Positions 1 through 14,110 of a stretch of 64,000 bases of DNA are shown in pieces. The position numbers and the translations under genes are program-made. Under the pieces are notes generated by a model, which was given only the letters and a program-made list of their open reading frames with translations, searched no databases and was not told the DNA's origin. Numbering within the stretch: the first letter of the stretch is position 1; each line of letters starts with the position of its first letter. Source of the DNA: the human T2T-CHM13v2.0 reference genome, Homo sapiens; assembly GCF_009914755.1 (NCBI RefSeq), contig NC_060927.1. One strand, written 5' to 3'.

Positions 1-900
1 GAGAACTAGAGTTAAGGCTTAAGAGTCTCTGCTGTGTGGTTTGCATATGGTAGTTAACATATAGTTAAATTATTGCTAATAGTCACAGGAATTCTTCCTC
101 CACCCACAGGGCCAACTCACCCAGCACTGATGACAATGTGGACATGTCGTTTGACATCGGGCATTTGGAGAAATGTAGGTAGTGGAGGAGAAAAGGTTTG
201 AAATGAACAGAGCCAGAGCTAGTATGTGGAAAGTTCTCCCAATCATGAGATGTGTAAAACTACAAGTAGACGATCTGGTTCTTGTCAAGACCCAATCAGA
301 ATGTGAATTCTCACCTATCAGATACGATAACCTAAGATGCATAATATACCACCATCATGAGAAATCAATGACAAACTGGTTAATGGGTGTTGTCAGTTCA
401 AAGAAGATTTAAGATTAGTCACAGCACAAGACAATTTGAAATATTTTGAAATATTTCAGCTCAGATATGAAACTTGATAAGAGATTTTGCAAATTGAAGA
501 AAATTTCTACAACCTTATTTATTATCAATAATGAAATAGGAAGTTAAGACTTTTAAAAACTATAAATGTATAAATATTTTAATTAAATATACTGGATAAA
601 AGATTGAATCCTTGCTAAATAAAGAAGCAAACTGAGAATGCAGCTAAAAAACAGAGGAAGATGTTAGAGGCCAGGCAGTTAATAAAATATTACATTATTT
701 TGTAGATTTTGTGATGTTTGTGGTATTCGTTCATTTTTTAAAAAATGATACTTTATTGCATCTTTTCCTTATCTAAATAAATATTCATTTGCATCTATTT
801 TTTAAATTTATGTATTTAAATTCTTTACCTTAAAGAACCTCTCCTCTCCCCCACCCCCAACTGTATCAGCTTTGGGCCCTTCAAAACCTGAATCCACTCT
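1..900 (+). mobile_element. Zaphod (hAT-Tip100) DNA transposon fossil, internally deleted, probably running off the left edge
   Basis: Resembles Zaphod 5' region (gtagtggaggagaaaaggtttgaaatg..agccagagctagt) and 3' end (ctgtatcagctttgggcccttcaaaacctgaatcc). Shares its 3' half with 34538-35133. Confidence 0.7.
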
Positions 901-999
901 TATGTAACGGAAGTAGCAGTGCTTCTTGCCAGGAGTGTATTCAGGCTTGAAAAGAGTTAGGATGTCAGCTTTGGGCATGGTGGGATATTAAATATTTCA

Positions 1000-1300
1000 T
1001 TATTAGCATTTTTTAGGATAGGGATGACCTGAGCCTTTTGTATGTAGAGGGAAGATGCTGGCTGTAAGAAAAAAAATACTCATGTAATAGGGATACTTTT
1101 TGGAACAGGTCTCACAAAAATGGAAATGAACGGGTTAAGACAGAGTGAAGATAATGGCTTTCAAAGGCAAGTTCAGATAGGGAGCTGCGAAGGAGGGAAG
1201 AGGGAAAGTGGATTTTGTGGAGGGGTGTGAGGGAGCTTTATTTCTGTGGCCTTAATGTTCTAGTTCATGTGGAGGCCAGGCTATCAACTCAAGTCTCAGG
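1000..1300 (-). mobile_element. L2 fragment
   Basis: Purine-rich degenerate L2-like text (gggatgacctgagccttttgtatgtagagggaagatg). Confidence 0.4.
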
Positions 1301-1846
1301 GGTGGGTATTTTTAGGGGTTTTCTGAGCCTGAGAAGGTCACTCATAACTATTTTGCAAAATGAAACTGTTAAATATAGTGATGGGCCTGCTGTCATTTTC
1401 TCAAACTCTACCCAGTCATCCTAAGATACTGTACCCAGATACCCTGCTGCAGACTTGGCAGTAACCGTCTCAGATGAAGAGCGAGTTCAGAGGTAATGCT
1501 ATTCTAGTGTCAGCATGATCAGAGAATACAACTGAGGTAATCAAGTAAGCTTAGTGAGAAGAATGTCGAGTGGTGAGCTTGAGTTGTTGCCTAAAAAAAA
1601 GAAACAACAATTTATTTATATATGGCCTTATTCCACACAGGATTTAAGGTAGCTTATAAGAATGCATGCAATAAAATAGCAAGATGTGGTCCATAAATAA
1701 AAAATCAAGGCTGGAAAAAGCATAAAATATAGATAAGAAGACTTCAGATGTGGCTTGCCAGTGGTCTTCAAATAACTGAAGCGTTGTCTTGTGGAAGAGC
1801 ATTTTGGGATATTTGGTATGTGGGTTCGAGAACATGAGGATATGTG

Positions 1847-2212
1847 TGTTGTAGTCTGTTTGGGCAGCTATAACAAAATACCATGAACCGAGTGGCTTAT
1901 AAACAACAGAAATTTATTTCTCATATTTCTAGGGACTGGGAAGTCCAAGATCAAGGCACCAGCAGATTTGGTATTTGGTAAGGGCCTGCTTTTTGTTTGA
2001 TAGATGGTGCCTTCTAGGTGTGTCCTTACATGGTGGAAGGGACAAGGCAGCTCCCTGGGGTCTCTTTTATAAGGGCACTAAGCCCATTCATTAGAGTTCT
2101 GCCCTCATAACCTAATTACCTTCCCAAAGCCTCACAACCTCATATCAGTACCTTCAGAGTTAGGATTTCAAGGTATAAATTTTGGAGGTTCACAAACATT
2201 CAGACCATAGTG
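1847..2212 (-). mobile_element. MLT1A/MLT1A0 solo LTR (ERVL-MaLR)
   Basis: gctataacaaaataccat..gtggcttataaacaacagaaatttatttctca..gggaagtccaagatcaagg..cacaaacattcagaccatag; atgtg on both flanks (possible TSD). Confidence 0.85.
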
Positions 2213-2239
2213 GATGTGTGTGGTTACCATAAGGCAGAC

Positions 2240-2440
2240 ATCAGTGCAACATAAGTCAGAACTTTCTAACAAGTGCAGCTGTTCCACAGTGGCACAGATA
2301 TCATGAGCTCCTTCTTTATCAGAGGAAGCATTTAAACAGAACTAGGTAACCTCCTTTCTGGCCTCCTGTGGAAGCCAGGAGATGCAATGGGTAAAGACTG
2401 GCCTCTGACATACCCTTAGGATCTGGATTCTAATGACTGG
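2240..2440 (+). mobile_element. L3/CR1 (or MIR3) 3' fragment
   Basis: agaactttctaac..gcagctgttccacagtgg..gagctcc..agaggaagcatttaaacaga resembles the CR1/L3 3' end. Confidence 0.5.
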
Positions 2441-2737
2441 GTGACACGAATTGTTCTCAACATTGCTCTATAAAACATGAACTATTCTGAAATGCTCCAC
2501 ACAACCATAAAAACTTGTCAGTGGCCATTCTGAGTACCTCTATGGCCTGTAGCGTTGTCGCCCACCTTTGAAATGTCACTGCACATTGTAAACCCAAAGT
2601 TTCTGAGGCAATATGAGTCAGCTACATATGGGAGGGGAGGTGGAGAGAGAGCTGGATGGGTTTTACCTACCCATCATGCCCCTGCTTTCTGGGTGACCAT
2701 TCTGTAGTTTGAAGAGCTAGTGGATTCCATTCCCTTA

Positions 2738-3600
2738 TCATTCAATAACAAATGGCTATTGTTCTGCATCCTATGTCAGGCCCATTTTAGATCCCTGCAA
2801 GCAGAACAGTGAAAAAGCAGACATGGTCCCTGTTTTCAGAGGGCTTATTGCTTCATGGGAAAAAAATGACAGTAAAAATAATCACACATGTATATCCTAC
2901 AAATTGTCACATGCATGATGAAGAAAGAAAAGAATATTCTAGGAGAGAGGATAGCTGTAAGACCTGATATCGCTTGAACAAAAACCATCTTTACTGAGGT
3001 CAATTAAGTAGGGAAATGTGGGGGCTCAGATGGAGAGATTTCAGGCTGAGGGGACAATGTGCACAATATGAGGAAGCACAGAGCGTTTAGGGAATGGCCC
3101 GAAGGCCAGAATGGCTGAGTGAAACCTGGAGAATGGTGATCCAGTGATGAAAGCAGAGTGAGCAGTTCAGGAGAGAGGGTCCGGGCTGTGCTCATAAGCA
3201 ACTTCAAGGACTTTTATCTTTATCATGATGGTGCTGAAACTCTTAGGGGTTTTACCAGGGGAGCAATATGATAATACTGGTGTTGTGATTTGTTTTCTTT
3301 TTCTATTTAAAAAAATAAAATCACTTTAGCTTTAGAGTAGAGACTGCAGTAGGGGTTGGGGCAAGAATAGATATAGGGAGATTACAGAATAGGCTACACT
3401 AGTGATCAATTGACAGATGGTGATGGCTTGGCCAAGGACAGTGGTGGCAAAGATGGAGAGAAGCAAATGGTTTCTCAAGGTGAGCATGGGATAAAAATGA
3501 ACAGGATTTGGCAATGGGTGGATGGAAGGTAAAGATGGAAAAGAAAAAGTGGCATCAAAGATGGCACCTTGAAACTGGACAGACTAAGTGTTCCATTCAC
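2738..3600 (-). mobile_element. L2 3' portion
   Basis: tcattcaat tail, then cagtgaaaaagcagacatggtccctg..gatggtgatggcttggccaagg..gagagaagc, typical antisense L2. Confidence 0.75.
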
Positions 3601-4549
3601 CGATCAGGCATGTGAAGAGAGGGCTGGTATGAGGCAGTGGCCGGAGCAAAACAGAATTCCTCTGATCTTACCTGATTCAGGATTAGAAAAGGTAACCAGT
3701 TGAACTGATTCAAATTCAGTTCAATTCAATCCTATCTGGTTCAACTGAAGTCACCTTATGAAGCATCTACCAGACGAGCCTCTGTGAGTGATTCAGACAA
3801 ATATAAAAAGCCCTCGAAGGGGTTGCATGATCACATCTTGTACTAGGTTAGTGCCCAAATAACCCAAGCACCCCATGGAATGTGAGAGGTGCCTACAGGG
3901 AGAGATGGAATGCCACTGGACTACAGCGGCCAACTCCTCTCACCCCAGAGGGCTTGACTGACCTACAAGAAGAATTGGACTGACTTTATCTCAAAAGGGA
4001 GATAAGAGTCCATAGGCTGCCTTTGAGGTTAGTGGGCAATGAGTCATGTGGATGTGGGAAACTCACAGTTTCCCTCCCTTGGTCTACACTGACCAAGCCC
4101 CAAGGACTGGAGTATGTACACTTGTTCTCAGCCCCGGCTCCCTCCCGGACTCCCAGCACTTCCTAAAGGATCCTTTGCTTGTGTCTTCATCTCCTCAGAT
4201 AATAACTACTCTCTAATTATCCCATCTGTATTTTACAAGAGCTAATTAGAAAGTGTCTGATAGCCTGGGAATTTTCTGACAAAGATAGTGCACAAATCTA
4301 GCCTGTGTATCTGCGGATGATGCTTCTAGCCACATCACTATTTCTGGTTACAAATGGAAAGTAGGAGCCCGCACCTCCTCTCTCCATCTCCAGCCTTGTC
4401 AGACTCATTCACACCACTTCCCACTGACCCCTAGGTGTTCATCTCCCACTCTCCTCCCAACTCCACTCAGAATCTCAGTGTAAATACCATTCTCTAAATG
4501 CAAATACTTCTGGGAGAATTCTTATGCTTTTATTTAATTCTGGATTTTA

Positions 4550-4745
4550 ATAATAGTAATTAATGCTTGTACACCTCATTCCATTTTCAAAATGTGTTTC
4601 TTTACATATTTCATTTAATACTCACACAATCTTGTGGGGCAAATATCCTTATAACAGTCTTCCCCAGAGAGGCTAAGCTATTTACCCAAAGCCAGAGCAC
4701 TATGCAGTGACTGAGCGTGAGACTCATTTCATGCTCTCTCTATTC
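4550..4745 (-). mobile_element. MIR
   Basis: tttcatttaatactcacacaatcttgtgggg..agaggctaagctatttacccaaagccag. Confidence 0.6.
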
Positions 4746-4899
4746 AACCAGTTGTTTTCTTCTGGTTAAAGCAAACAAATATGTGTCAGGAGGAGAGCTT
4801 GAAGATGTGAGCAGAGAGGATTTTTTTTTATTATCCCTTGAAATCATAAATATAAGCAGCAGTCAATTTCTCCCGATTTAATGGTAGTCCCATTGTCAG

Positions 4900-5115
4900 C
4901 ACAATGGCTAAGAGTACATGATGTTGAGGAAATAGGCCTATATTTCAATACTGACCTTCAACCTCATTCTATATGACTTTGAGCAAGTAGTTACAAACTG
5001 GGACAGTATTAGTTGCACAAATGTATTCACCTCCTAGGTCATAGGTTTATTGTGAAGAACAAATGAGTTAACGTATATAAGCAATAGTTTCTGAAACGTA
5101 GTAAATACTGAAAAC
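4900..5115 (+). mobile_element. MIR
   Basis: tgactttgagcaagtagtta..cataggtttattgtgaagaacaaatgagttaac. Confidence 0.65.
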
Positions 5116-6792
5116 ATATTTGTTTCGTGGGGTTGTTATTTTTCTATTCTGGGGCTCAACTTCCTTTTTGACCTCAGTCTGAACAGGGGAGGCGAATAAC
5201 TTTGAAGTGCTTCATGCTGCAGTTTGACGAGAAATGACTGACTAAAATATTGTGTTGAGAAGGATTCTGAGGTTTGCTTTGGGCTCAGCTGAAATGAATA
5301 AGTGTTCCTCTGTGTGTGCTGCATAATGATGCCCTTTTCTCCAAAGCTGTTTGCAGGGCCTGTCACAGCCCATGCCTTTACCTCTCAGTTTCACTGTCTG
5401 CCTTAGGCATTTACTCAAATACTTTTGTCGGGACTAGTCCAGCATGTTTTGACTAAATGTAGTTTCCAGCTCACAGGGGTACTGCCTGCTTGGGTGAGAG
5501 CAAAAGAATTTAATGAATAGGAGCTATGTATGGATGGGCTCTAACGAGAAGGGTTAGCAGGCCAGGGATTAAAAAATAACTACACTGCAGCCACTCTGGG
5601 TGAGCCAACCCATGATGTATATTTCCATCTAAATAAAATACATTCATTTTGAAGACCGCAAAATAGCTGTAACTTGAGATTCCCACAAATGCTTGGAAAA
5701 CTGTCAGTCCTTTCTGAGTGGCAGTAGATAGAGAAGCAAGAATGCCAGGAAGAAATGTGAGATGGATTCTGAGAAACAGGGCCTGGATTAGCCTTCCAAG
5801 AAGCCAGGATTCTTTAGCACTGATCTAGCTTTCCAGTGTTTTGGGGATAGTATTTTTACAAAGCTTACTGATTAAACATTTGCTGATCTCTCTCCTGGAA
5901 GAATTACGGAAATACAATAATTATTATGAATGGTCTCTTAGAGCTGGTCTAATCAAAGATTCCATTCTGTGATCTGCAGAGAATTCTAACAGTGTGCTGT
6001 GTTTTTCTTTTTCTTCTACCGAATTTATCAATGTCTTGGGTCATTATTTGCCTGATCATAACAACATACATTCATGAATATGTATCAGCTAAAATCTGCA
6101 ATTTTATATGTTAATTTGCTCATGTCTTTAGGTGTTTATAGCAATTAAATAAGACCTTGATAAATTTGGAGGAAATAAAAAAAGCTTTGACATTATGAAT
6201 GCTTATGTGGTTGAATTGCAGGCACTGAGATAAATTATGTTTTGTGCAACTATTAATTCATTGATTAGCTTATTAGATATTTTTCCATTTAGTTATGTGT
6301 CTTCTTAGGAAATAAGTAAGACTAAGTTCTTGACTGCATTGTTTGGCCTTCTGGTGTTCATTTTGGCTTATGAATGCAACCAATCCTTATCTTGGCTAAT
6401 GTGAATATAAGTGGGCTGTCTTGCTGGGGATTTATCAGGGAGGTATAGAAATTTATTTGTAGTGAATCAGGGCCACCACAGGGAGGGGCAGGTAGAGAGG
6501 GGTTCAGTGACAAAGAGGTCACCAGTGGAGAGGAGACCGGTGACCAAGGGCTCTGGCTGCCTGACAAGGAAAAGCTAGGAGTAGCAACAGCCCTGTAGAA
6601 CATGGTAGTGGGAATTCCAGTGGGTGCTGTTCCAAAGGCAGGGCTTGGTAGGGCAGGGATTTGGAGTGGGTTCCAGAGAAGATGCATCATCCTGGGAACT
6701 GGGATGTGCCAGGGTGGAAATGGTACCGGGGCCCAGAGGAATGAAAGTGGTGACAATTTGGTCACAGCCCATACTTCCGGGAAGGGATGGAG

Positions 6793-6973
6793 ATGAGGCC
6801 AGATTTAGCAAATAAAAATACAGGATGTTCAGTTAAATTTAAATTTTGAATAGACAAAGAATGATTTTAGTATGAGCGTGTCCCATGCAATATCTAGATA
6901 TATTAAAAATTTACTTGTTGTTTATCTGAAATTCAAATTTAACTGGGCATCCTGCATTTTATCTGCAAACCTT
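6793..6973. mobile_element. MER53 palindromic non-autonomous DNA transposon
   Basis: gccagatttagcaaataaaaatacaggatgttcagttaaattt ... aaattcaaatttaactgggcatcctgcattttatctg; the two arms are inverted copies of each other. Confidence 0.9.
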
Positions 6974-7099
6974 AGTGTGTGTGGATGTGTAGGAGGGACA
7001 CTGGTCAGCACTTGTGTACTTGGGGAAGCCTCACTGATCTGGGGATGATGGAGGGATTGGCTGTGGGGAGTCAGGGGAAGTAGAAGATGCAGCAGGATG

Positions 7100-7102
<3 letters not shown>

Positions 7103-7137
<35 letters not shown>

Positions 7138-7161
7138 CAGAGAGAGAGAGTGAGAGAGAGA
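7103..7161. repeat. (TG)n-(AG)n compound microsatellite
   Basis: About 17 TG units followed by an AG run. Confidence 0.95.
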
Positions 7162-7193
7162 TAGACTAATTTTATGTTGGTTTTAATTCATTA

Positions 7194-7764
<571 letters not shown>

Positions 7765-8211
7765 TTATTCAGATATTTTTGAAATAATGTAGACAGCCAA
7801 CAGGCTCACCTCCAAGAGAGAATACATAATCATTGAGGTGGGAGATTTTCAAAACTACTTCTTATTTTTTTCCAGATTATGTGATTTGTTTTCATTTCTT
7901 CAAATCATTTTAGTGATCTACTCCATCCCCTTCCTAGTGCACAGCTCACTATCTGGCACATAGCAGATATGAAATAAATTCTCTTAAAATGATGGATGGG
8001 TAAATGAATGCATTATTCTTAAATCATTTATCCTTCAGTACAGAAATTATACTAGGGCAATGAGGAACTATTTGTTTAGAAGAGAACAGACATCTATTGA
8101 GTGTGCACTATGAGCTAGAAACTGGCCAAGACAATATGTGTGTGTATACACACACACAGACACACACACACACAAACACATAAGTATATATATGTACTTT
8201 TACAGCCACCT

Positions 8212-8581
8212 TGTCCTATGGTTTGAATGTGTTCCCCAAAGATTTTATGTTGGAAACTTGATCCCCAGTGCCATGATGTTGGAAGGTGGGACCTCATAGG
8301 AGGTGTTTGCATTGTGGGGCGGATCCCTCATAAATGGATTAACACTGTTATCACAGGAGAGGATTCATTATAAAAGGCCAAATTTAGCCTTGTCTTGCTC
8401 TCTCTCCGTTGCTTTGTTTGCCCTTATGCCACAGGATGACACAGTAGGAAGACCTTCACCAGAGTCTGGTCTCTCTATCTTGGTCTTCCCAGCCCCTAGA
8501 AGTATGAGAAATATGTGTCTGTTGATTATAAATTACCCAGCCTGTAGATTTTGCTATAGCAACACAAAATGGACTGAGACA
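8212..8581 (+). mobile_element. MSTD-like solo LTR inserted in an antisense MIR (approx. 8090-8700)
   Basis: tatggtttgaatgtg..ttggaaacttgatcccc..ataaattacccagcctg..gctatagcaacacaaaatggactgagaca; MIR text on both flanks. Confidence 0.85.
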
Positions 8582-8749
8582 TCATGGAAGTGAGCAGTAG
8601 TAGCCCCATTACACATTTGAGTAATACTCACAAGAGGATAAGTAAATTGTGAAAAGCCTTATTAATTAAGAAGTAGAGCTGAGCTATGAGCCTGCTATGA
8701 GTTGTTAGGACATCTCCATTGACTCTGGGTTGCCTTTCTGGACTAATCT

Positions 8750-8900
8750 GCAGTAATTGTTAATGTTTTAGGGGTCTCATATTATTTGAGAATTTGATGA
8801 ATGTCAGGGCCCTCTCCCAGAGACATGAACATAGAAAAATATATTCTCAACTTTACAAGTAACGTAGGTTCATCATGAATCCCTGATGAATAACTCATCA
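8750..8900 (-). mobile_element. Charlie4z-like hAT MITE
   Basis: ttttaggggtctca..tttgagaatttgatgaa..ggccctctcccagag is the reverse complement of the element at 31605-31770. Confidence 0.55.
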
Positions 8901-9104
8901 TTACAGAATATCAGATTTTTTTCACCTGGAGTCAGGAGAAAAGATGAGAATCAGCTTGAAAGCAGGGCAGGCATAGCATACTTACTATCCTATTCAGGAA
9001 CCTTCTCTCACTGGGGTAAAGGATCAAGTATCTTCTTTTCATACCAGGTCTTCCTAACCGTCAGGGAGCTCTTATACTTCCTCCATTCTTAGTGGGATAA
9101 CATA

Positions 9105-9913
9105 CAGTCATGCCACATAATAATGTTTTGGTCAATGATGCATACACCGCGGTGGTCCCATAGATTATAATGGAATTGAAAGGCTCCTATTACCTAGTAA
9201 TGTGTTAATAATCCTGACCCTCTGTGGATCTAAGCTAATGTGTGTGTTTATGTCTTAGTTTTTAACAAAAAAGTTTAAAAAGTTAAAAAAATTAATAGAA
9301 AAGAGCTTATAGAATAAAATATATAGAAAGAAAATATTTTTGTACAGCTGTACAATGTGTTTGTGTTTTAAGCTAAGTGAGAAAGTTAAAAATATATGAT
9401 GTTTATAAAGTAAAAAGTTACACTAAGCTTAAGCTAGTTTACTATTGAAGACAGAAATTAAAAAATAAATATAGCATAGTCTAAATGTGCAGTGTTTATA
9501 AAGTCTACAGTAGTGTACAGTGATATCCTAGGCCATCATATTCACTCACCACTCATTTGCTGATTCACCCAGAGCAACTTCAAGTCTTGCAAGCTCCATT
9601 CATGGTAAGTGCCCTATACAGGTTTACCATTTTTATATCCTTTATACAGTATTTTTACTGTACCTTTTCTACATGTAGATATGTTGGAATACACCAATAC
9701 CGATTGTTGTGTTACAGTTGTCTACAGTGTTCAGTATAGTAACATGCTGTACAGGTTTGTAGCCTAGGAACAATAGGCTATGCCATATAGTCTAGATGTA
9801 GGCTGTACCATCTAGATTTGTGTTAGTACACTCTATGATGTTTGCACAACAATGAAATTACCTAAGGACACATTTCTCAGAATGTATTCCCATAGTTAAG
9901 TGACATATGACTG
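9105..9913 (+). mobile_element. Tigger3-family (Golem) non-autonomous TcMar element
   Basis: TA|cagtcatg..ggtggtccca..gattataat start; ..catttctcagaatgtattcccatagttaagtgacatatgactg end; TIRs at both ends. Confidence 0.9.
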
Positions 9914-10049
9914 TGGTTCTATTGGTAAATCTATTCTGGTTTAATAGTCAACAAATGTAGATTTTACAATTTTTGCTTTAATATTCAACAAATGTCGATT
10001 TTACAATTTCTACTTTGCTTTATTCAGTGATTAGAAAATTACTCAGTAA

Positions 10050-10780
10050 TAGCCACTTAAATAAATTATGTATCAGGTGCTTGGGGCACAGCAGTGAATA
10101 ATTCAAATACAGTTTCCACCCAGAGGTGCATTCCTCATGAAATAGAAGAAACCTGAGCTTCAGGTCCCCTCGCTAGCACAGCCCCTTCCAAGGTTCTGGG
10201 AGATGCCTTAAGATGCATCCACATGATTATATATTTTTTGGTAAAATATACAAAGTAAGGTATTTTTGTATTGTTCTTGAAGAACCAGTCTCCTTCCTAC
10301 ACTGTAGAAGCTGCAGGCACCACAAAACCTTCATCTGCCCCATCACTATCCTCATGGAGATTAGAGTCTAGCATTGAATAAGTGATCACAGGAGTGAAGG
10401 GTTTTGGGTTGGGAGGATAAATTAAGAGATTTGGTCTTTTTGAGGGTCAGTAAAGGTTTCTTGGAGAAACTGACATTTAAGCTGAGACCTGAAGGCTTTT
10501 TTTAAAAATTTTTGTTCTTTGGCATGGAAGTAGCTGCCTCATCAGGCGGAGGGAATTGTGGGTGTCAAGGCCCTGGGCAGGGCTGAGAGAGGGCAGGGCT
10601 GGTTTGAGAGCCTGAACTGGGTACCTACAGTTAGCTAGCTGAGCCTAGCTGGTGGCGGAGACGAATGAAGCATTTTGAACGTTATTCTAAGGACAATGGC
10701 ATGCTGCTGAAAGGGAGTTACATAATCAGATTTGCATTAAAAAACCGAAAAAACACCACTCTAGCTGTAGGGTGGAGAAT
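10050..10780 (-). mobile_element. L2 fragment interrupted by a Zaphod-derived MITE
   Basis: caggtgcttggggcacagcagtgaat | ctcatggagattagagtctag..tgacatttaagctgagacctgaagg..atcagatttgcatt. Confidence 0.7.
10121..10342 (+). mobile_element. Short Zaphod-derived non-autonomous element
   Basis: Starts cagagg..gcttcaggtcccctc..gccccttccaagg and ends aagctgcaggcaccacaaaaccttcatctgcccc, i.e. both Zaphod-type termini. Confidence 0.7.
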
Positions 10781-11263
10781 GAATTTTGTTTTGTTTTTAC
10801 CCTCCAGAAACACCACCTGGAACACAGCTGTGACTTGATAAACAAGTGAAACATTCTTTGGTGTGGTGAGGGGAAAACAAATTTCTCAAAGGACACGCAC
10901 CATGGTGTATGAGAGGACACTGGAGCCCAGCCAGCATCTGACATGCTGAATTCAAAGTGCAGGTGAAAGTAGGACAACTGATTCACAAGCTGGGATGCCT
11001 GTGTTGTTGTTTGCCAGTGTGCGTGTGTGTGTTTTCCTGGCACCCTTCATTCATTCCCCAGCACAGTTGACATCAGGTTGGAAGCAGTGAGTTCTGAGGG
11101 AGACTGCTAGAGGACCCAACTTGGAGAATCAACGATCTGCAATGAAGATAATGAAGATAAAGACAATGTCAATGTCAGCGTCCAAAATCATAAGGACCCT
11201 TTAAGAAGCTTCCAGAGCAGAAGTGACTGTGCAAGAAGGGCCAATAAAGTCTAGGCAATGCAC

Positions 11264-11653
<390 letters not shown>

Positions 11654-13619
11654 TTACTCTCACCTCCACCACCCTTTACCTGGTTCTATATCTGTCCTTT
11701 GGATCTTCCTGCATTTACCTTCCTGCTTTTGCTCCTTAGTCTGGTTTTTTCCCAGAATTTACTCTCCTACTGCCCGCTCTCCTGTCCCTGATGGTTCATA
11801 GTTTCTTACTATCAGGGAGAAACCCTGATATTGACTTTGCCCAGCAGTAATTCTGTCCATGCAATTCTCTTGCATGGGCTGTGACAGGCAGACACCTCAC
11901 TAATTAGATCAGCACAGGGGTCTGCATACATTTAGTGTGGGGACCTCCAGCCCATCCTGGAGCGCACAAATTTAGTTCAGCACCATTCAGCTGCTGAAAT
12001 TTGATGCAGTGGCCCTGGATGACCAAAGAATGTGGTGATAATTCTAAACAGGGTGTGTTCATTAAGTGAAGGAAATGTAGAATACGTTTTAGATGAAAAA
12101 GAAATTTTTAAGTTTGGAGGGTAAAGATCAATCATCCATAAAACTAACAGATATATAACAGTTCATTTTTGTTGATAGTAGATAAATAAGGAGTGAAGAC
12201 ATTTTCAGAATTACAATGGCATTTATCTGCCTTCATTAAATTAAGCTCAGGAAACTAATGCAGACTCCAAATTGCCCACAGTCTAACACAGTCTCTGCAT
12301 CTGGGGTTAACAAAATTAAATTTGGGAAAATCAAGAGTAAGACTTTTAATGTTTCTACCACCTGTCAGCCTGGAAAGTTTTCTTAGTTTTTCTTTTTGGA
12401 GAGGCATTTGAGATTTGTGTTCCTGTCAACTTGAGAGAGGAATGGAGGAAGTCAAAGGGAAGAAGAGGAGCTGATGTTGCAGTCCGAGGGGAAACAGGAG
12501 TGAGGGCAGGGAGCCCAGAAGAGGGTCAGGGTGAAGATGGGTGTGGGGAAGGCAGAGCAAACCAGCTGCTGCTGTCAACCCTGACCTATTTCCTGGAGCT
12601 CTGGGAGCCCTCCCATCCCTGCTCTCAGCAACAGTGATGCTGCCTTTGGGCGGCTGTGCAGCCAACCCACACTGATAGCTGTCCCTGTCATTTTCTTAAA
12701 TGTCACCAGTGAAAGAGACATTTCCACCTCCCTGGAGTACACATACTCCACTTGTGGATAAGTGGACACTTGGTTCCATTTTCACAGCTTCCAAAAATTG
12801 GTCACAGATGACTAACAATTGTGTCAACTTCTCTGGTATGAGAAGCCATAGATGGAGGTATACAGAAATGATTTCTTAAAAAATGTAATGTCCTTTCTAT
12901 GTGGCAGTAAAACATCTTTCCTGCCACTAGGAGAAATGTGTTCTTTGAATTATTTTCACAGCCATAAAGGCAGACCTGTGAAAGGCTATCTGTACTGGAT
13001 AGTTCTCTGCTTTCATGGATTTTATTCAGAATCATCCATTCTTGGAAATGGTGGGGAAAGGGGAAATAAAAAGAGAACAAATATATGTTGGATTAGTTAG
13101 TATAAATTATAATTCATAAACTACAGTGTCCAAGCAATATTACCTTCCACATATTCTAGAATAGCTTGGTTCCTATTTTTGAGCCCCTGCCTGGTGCCAG
13201 TAACGTGTTTTCAGCTAATTCAGGGTTTCTGTCCCCATTTTCCTTGGAGGAATATCTAAGTTCTTTGGGGATATTGTTGGTGCCAAGCATGAAGCTGTTG
13301 GAGAACGAGGAGGCTTTGGCATCTTGTCCTCAGCATCACGTAAATCCTATCAGAACTTAGAAGTGAAATGGGAAGGATTGTTTATCTCCTGCCCAACTAG
13401 CTGCTGGGTTGTTCCTTACTCCCACTCACAAGGTCTCTTTGTGTCACTCTAGGTCATTTTGCTCTCCTGAGACAGTCTGGGAACCACTTTGAGGCTGTTT
13501 GAGTCCAGAGCCATGGCCTAGGCCTCTTGCAGTGTGGGGATCCTGCTGTGTTCCCTCAGCCGAATCAGGGGCACTGGGCAGTGCCTTCCCCTCTCCTGGC
13601 CTATTCTCAGCCACGCCTA

Positions 13620-13790
13620 AGTGATCTTATTTCATCTTGACACTAACCTTGGATATTTGAAATAGAATTATTCATTTACAAAGGAGGAAAATGAGATTCA
13701 GACAAGCTAAATACATGCCAAAGCCACATAACTACCAGCGGCAGAGCTCAGTCTGCTTTCCAAACCCATGCGGCTCCCTTCATCACCGTG
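13620..13790 (-). mobile_element. MIR
   Basis: catttacaaaggaggaaaatgagattcaga..aagccacataact..gcggcagagc. Confidence 0.65.
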
Positions 13791-13899
13791 ACTCACCCAC
13801 TTTATCCCCCAACTTCGAGGAAGTCTCTTCTGATCACCCAAGAATAATGTCTGCCTCCTTAGAAATTTTGTAGCCGTTGGTGTTTCAATTTTGGGAGTG

Positions 13900-14110
13900 A
13901 CATCTAATTGTCACACACTGTTTCACATGCTAGCTATCTGTGCACGTATCTAGACAAGCCTGCTTAGGCTGTGGCTCCTGGAAGGCAAAGACCACTTCTT
14001 GTGTTTATCTCTATCCCATCTACTAACACCACACTCTGCACATGATAAATGTTTAATATATGATTGATTACAATAAAAACGTGTTAAAAAATTGGTAAAT
14101 GGATGAACCT
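13900..14110 (+). mobile_element. L2 3' end
   Basis: ggctcctggaaggcaaagacc..gtttatctctatccc..ctgcacatgataaatgtttaata. Confidence 0.6.

Noticed and set aside
3697-3747. Nested 9-bp inverted repeats (ttgaactga/tcagttcaa)
   Set aside because: Explained by a degenerate (TTCAA)n tail of an adjacent antisense L2.
6358-6815. 135-aa Pro/Ser-rich minus ORF with overlapping frames
   Set aside because: G-rich strand-biased sequence, possibly a decayed LTR; no domain, splice or start context supports it.
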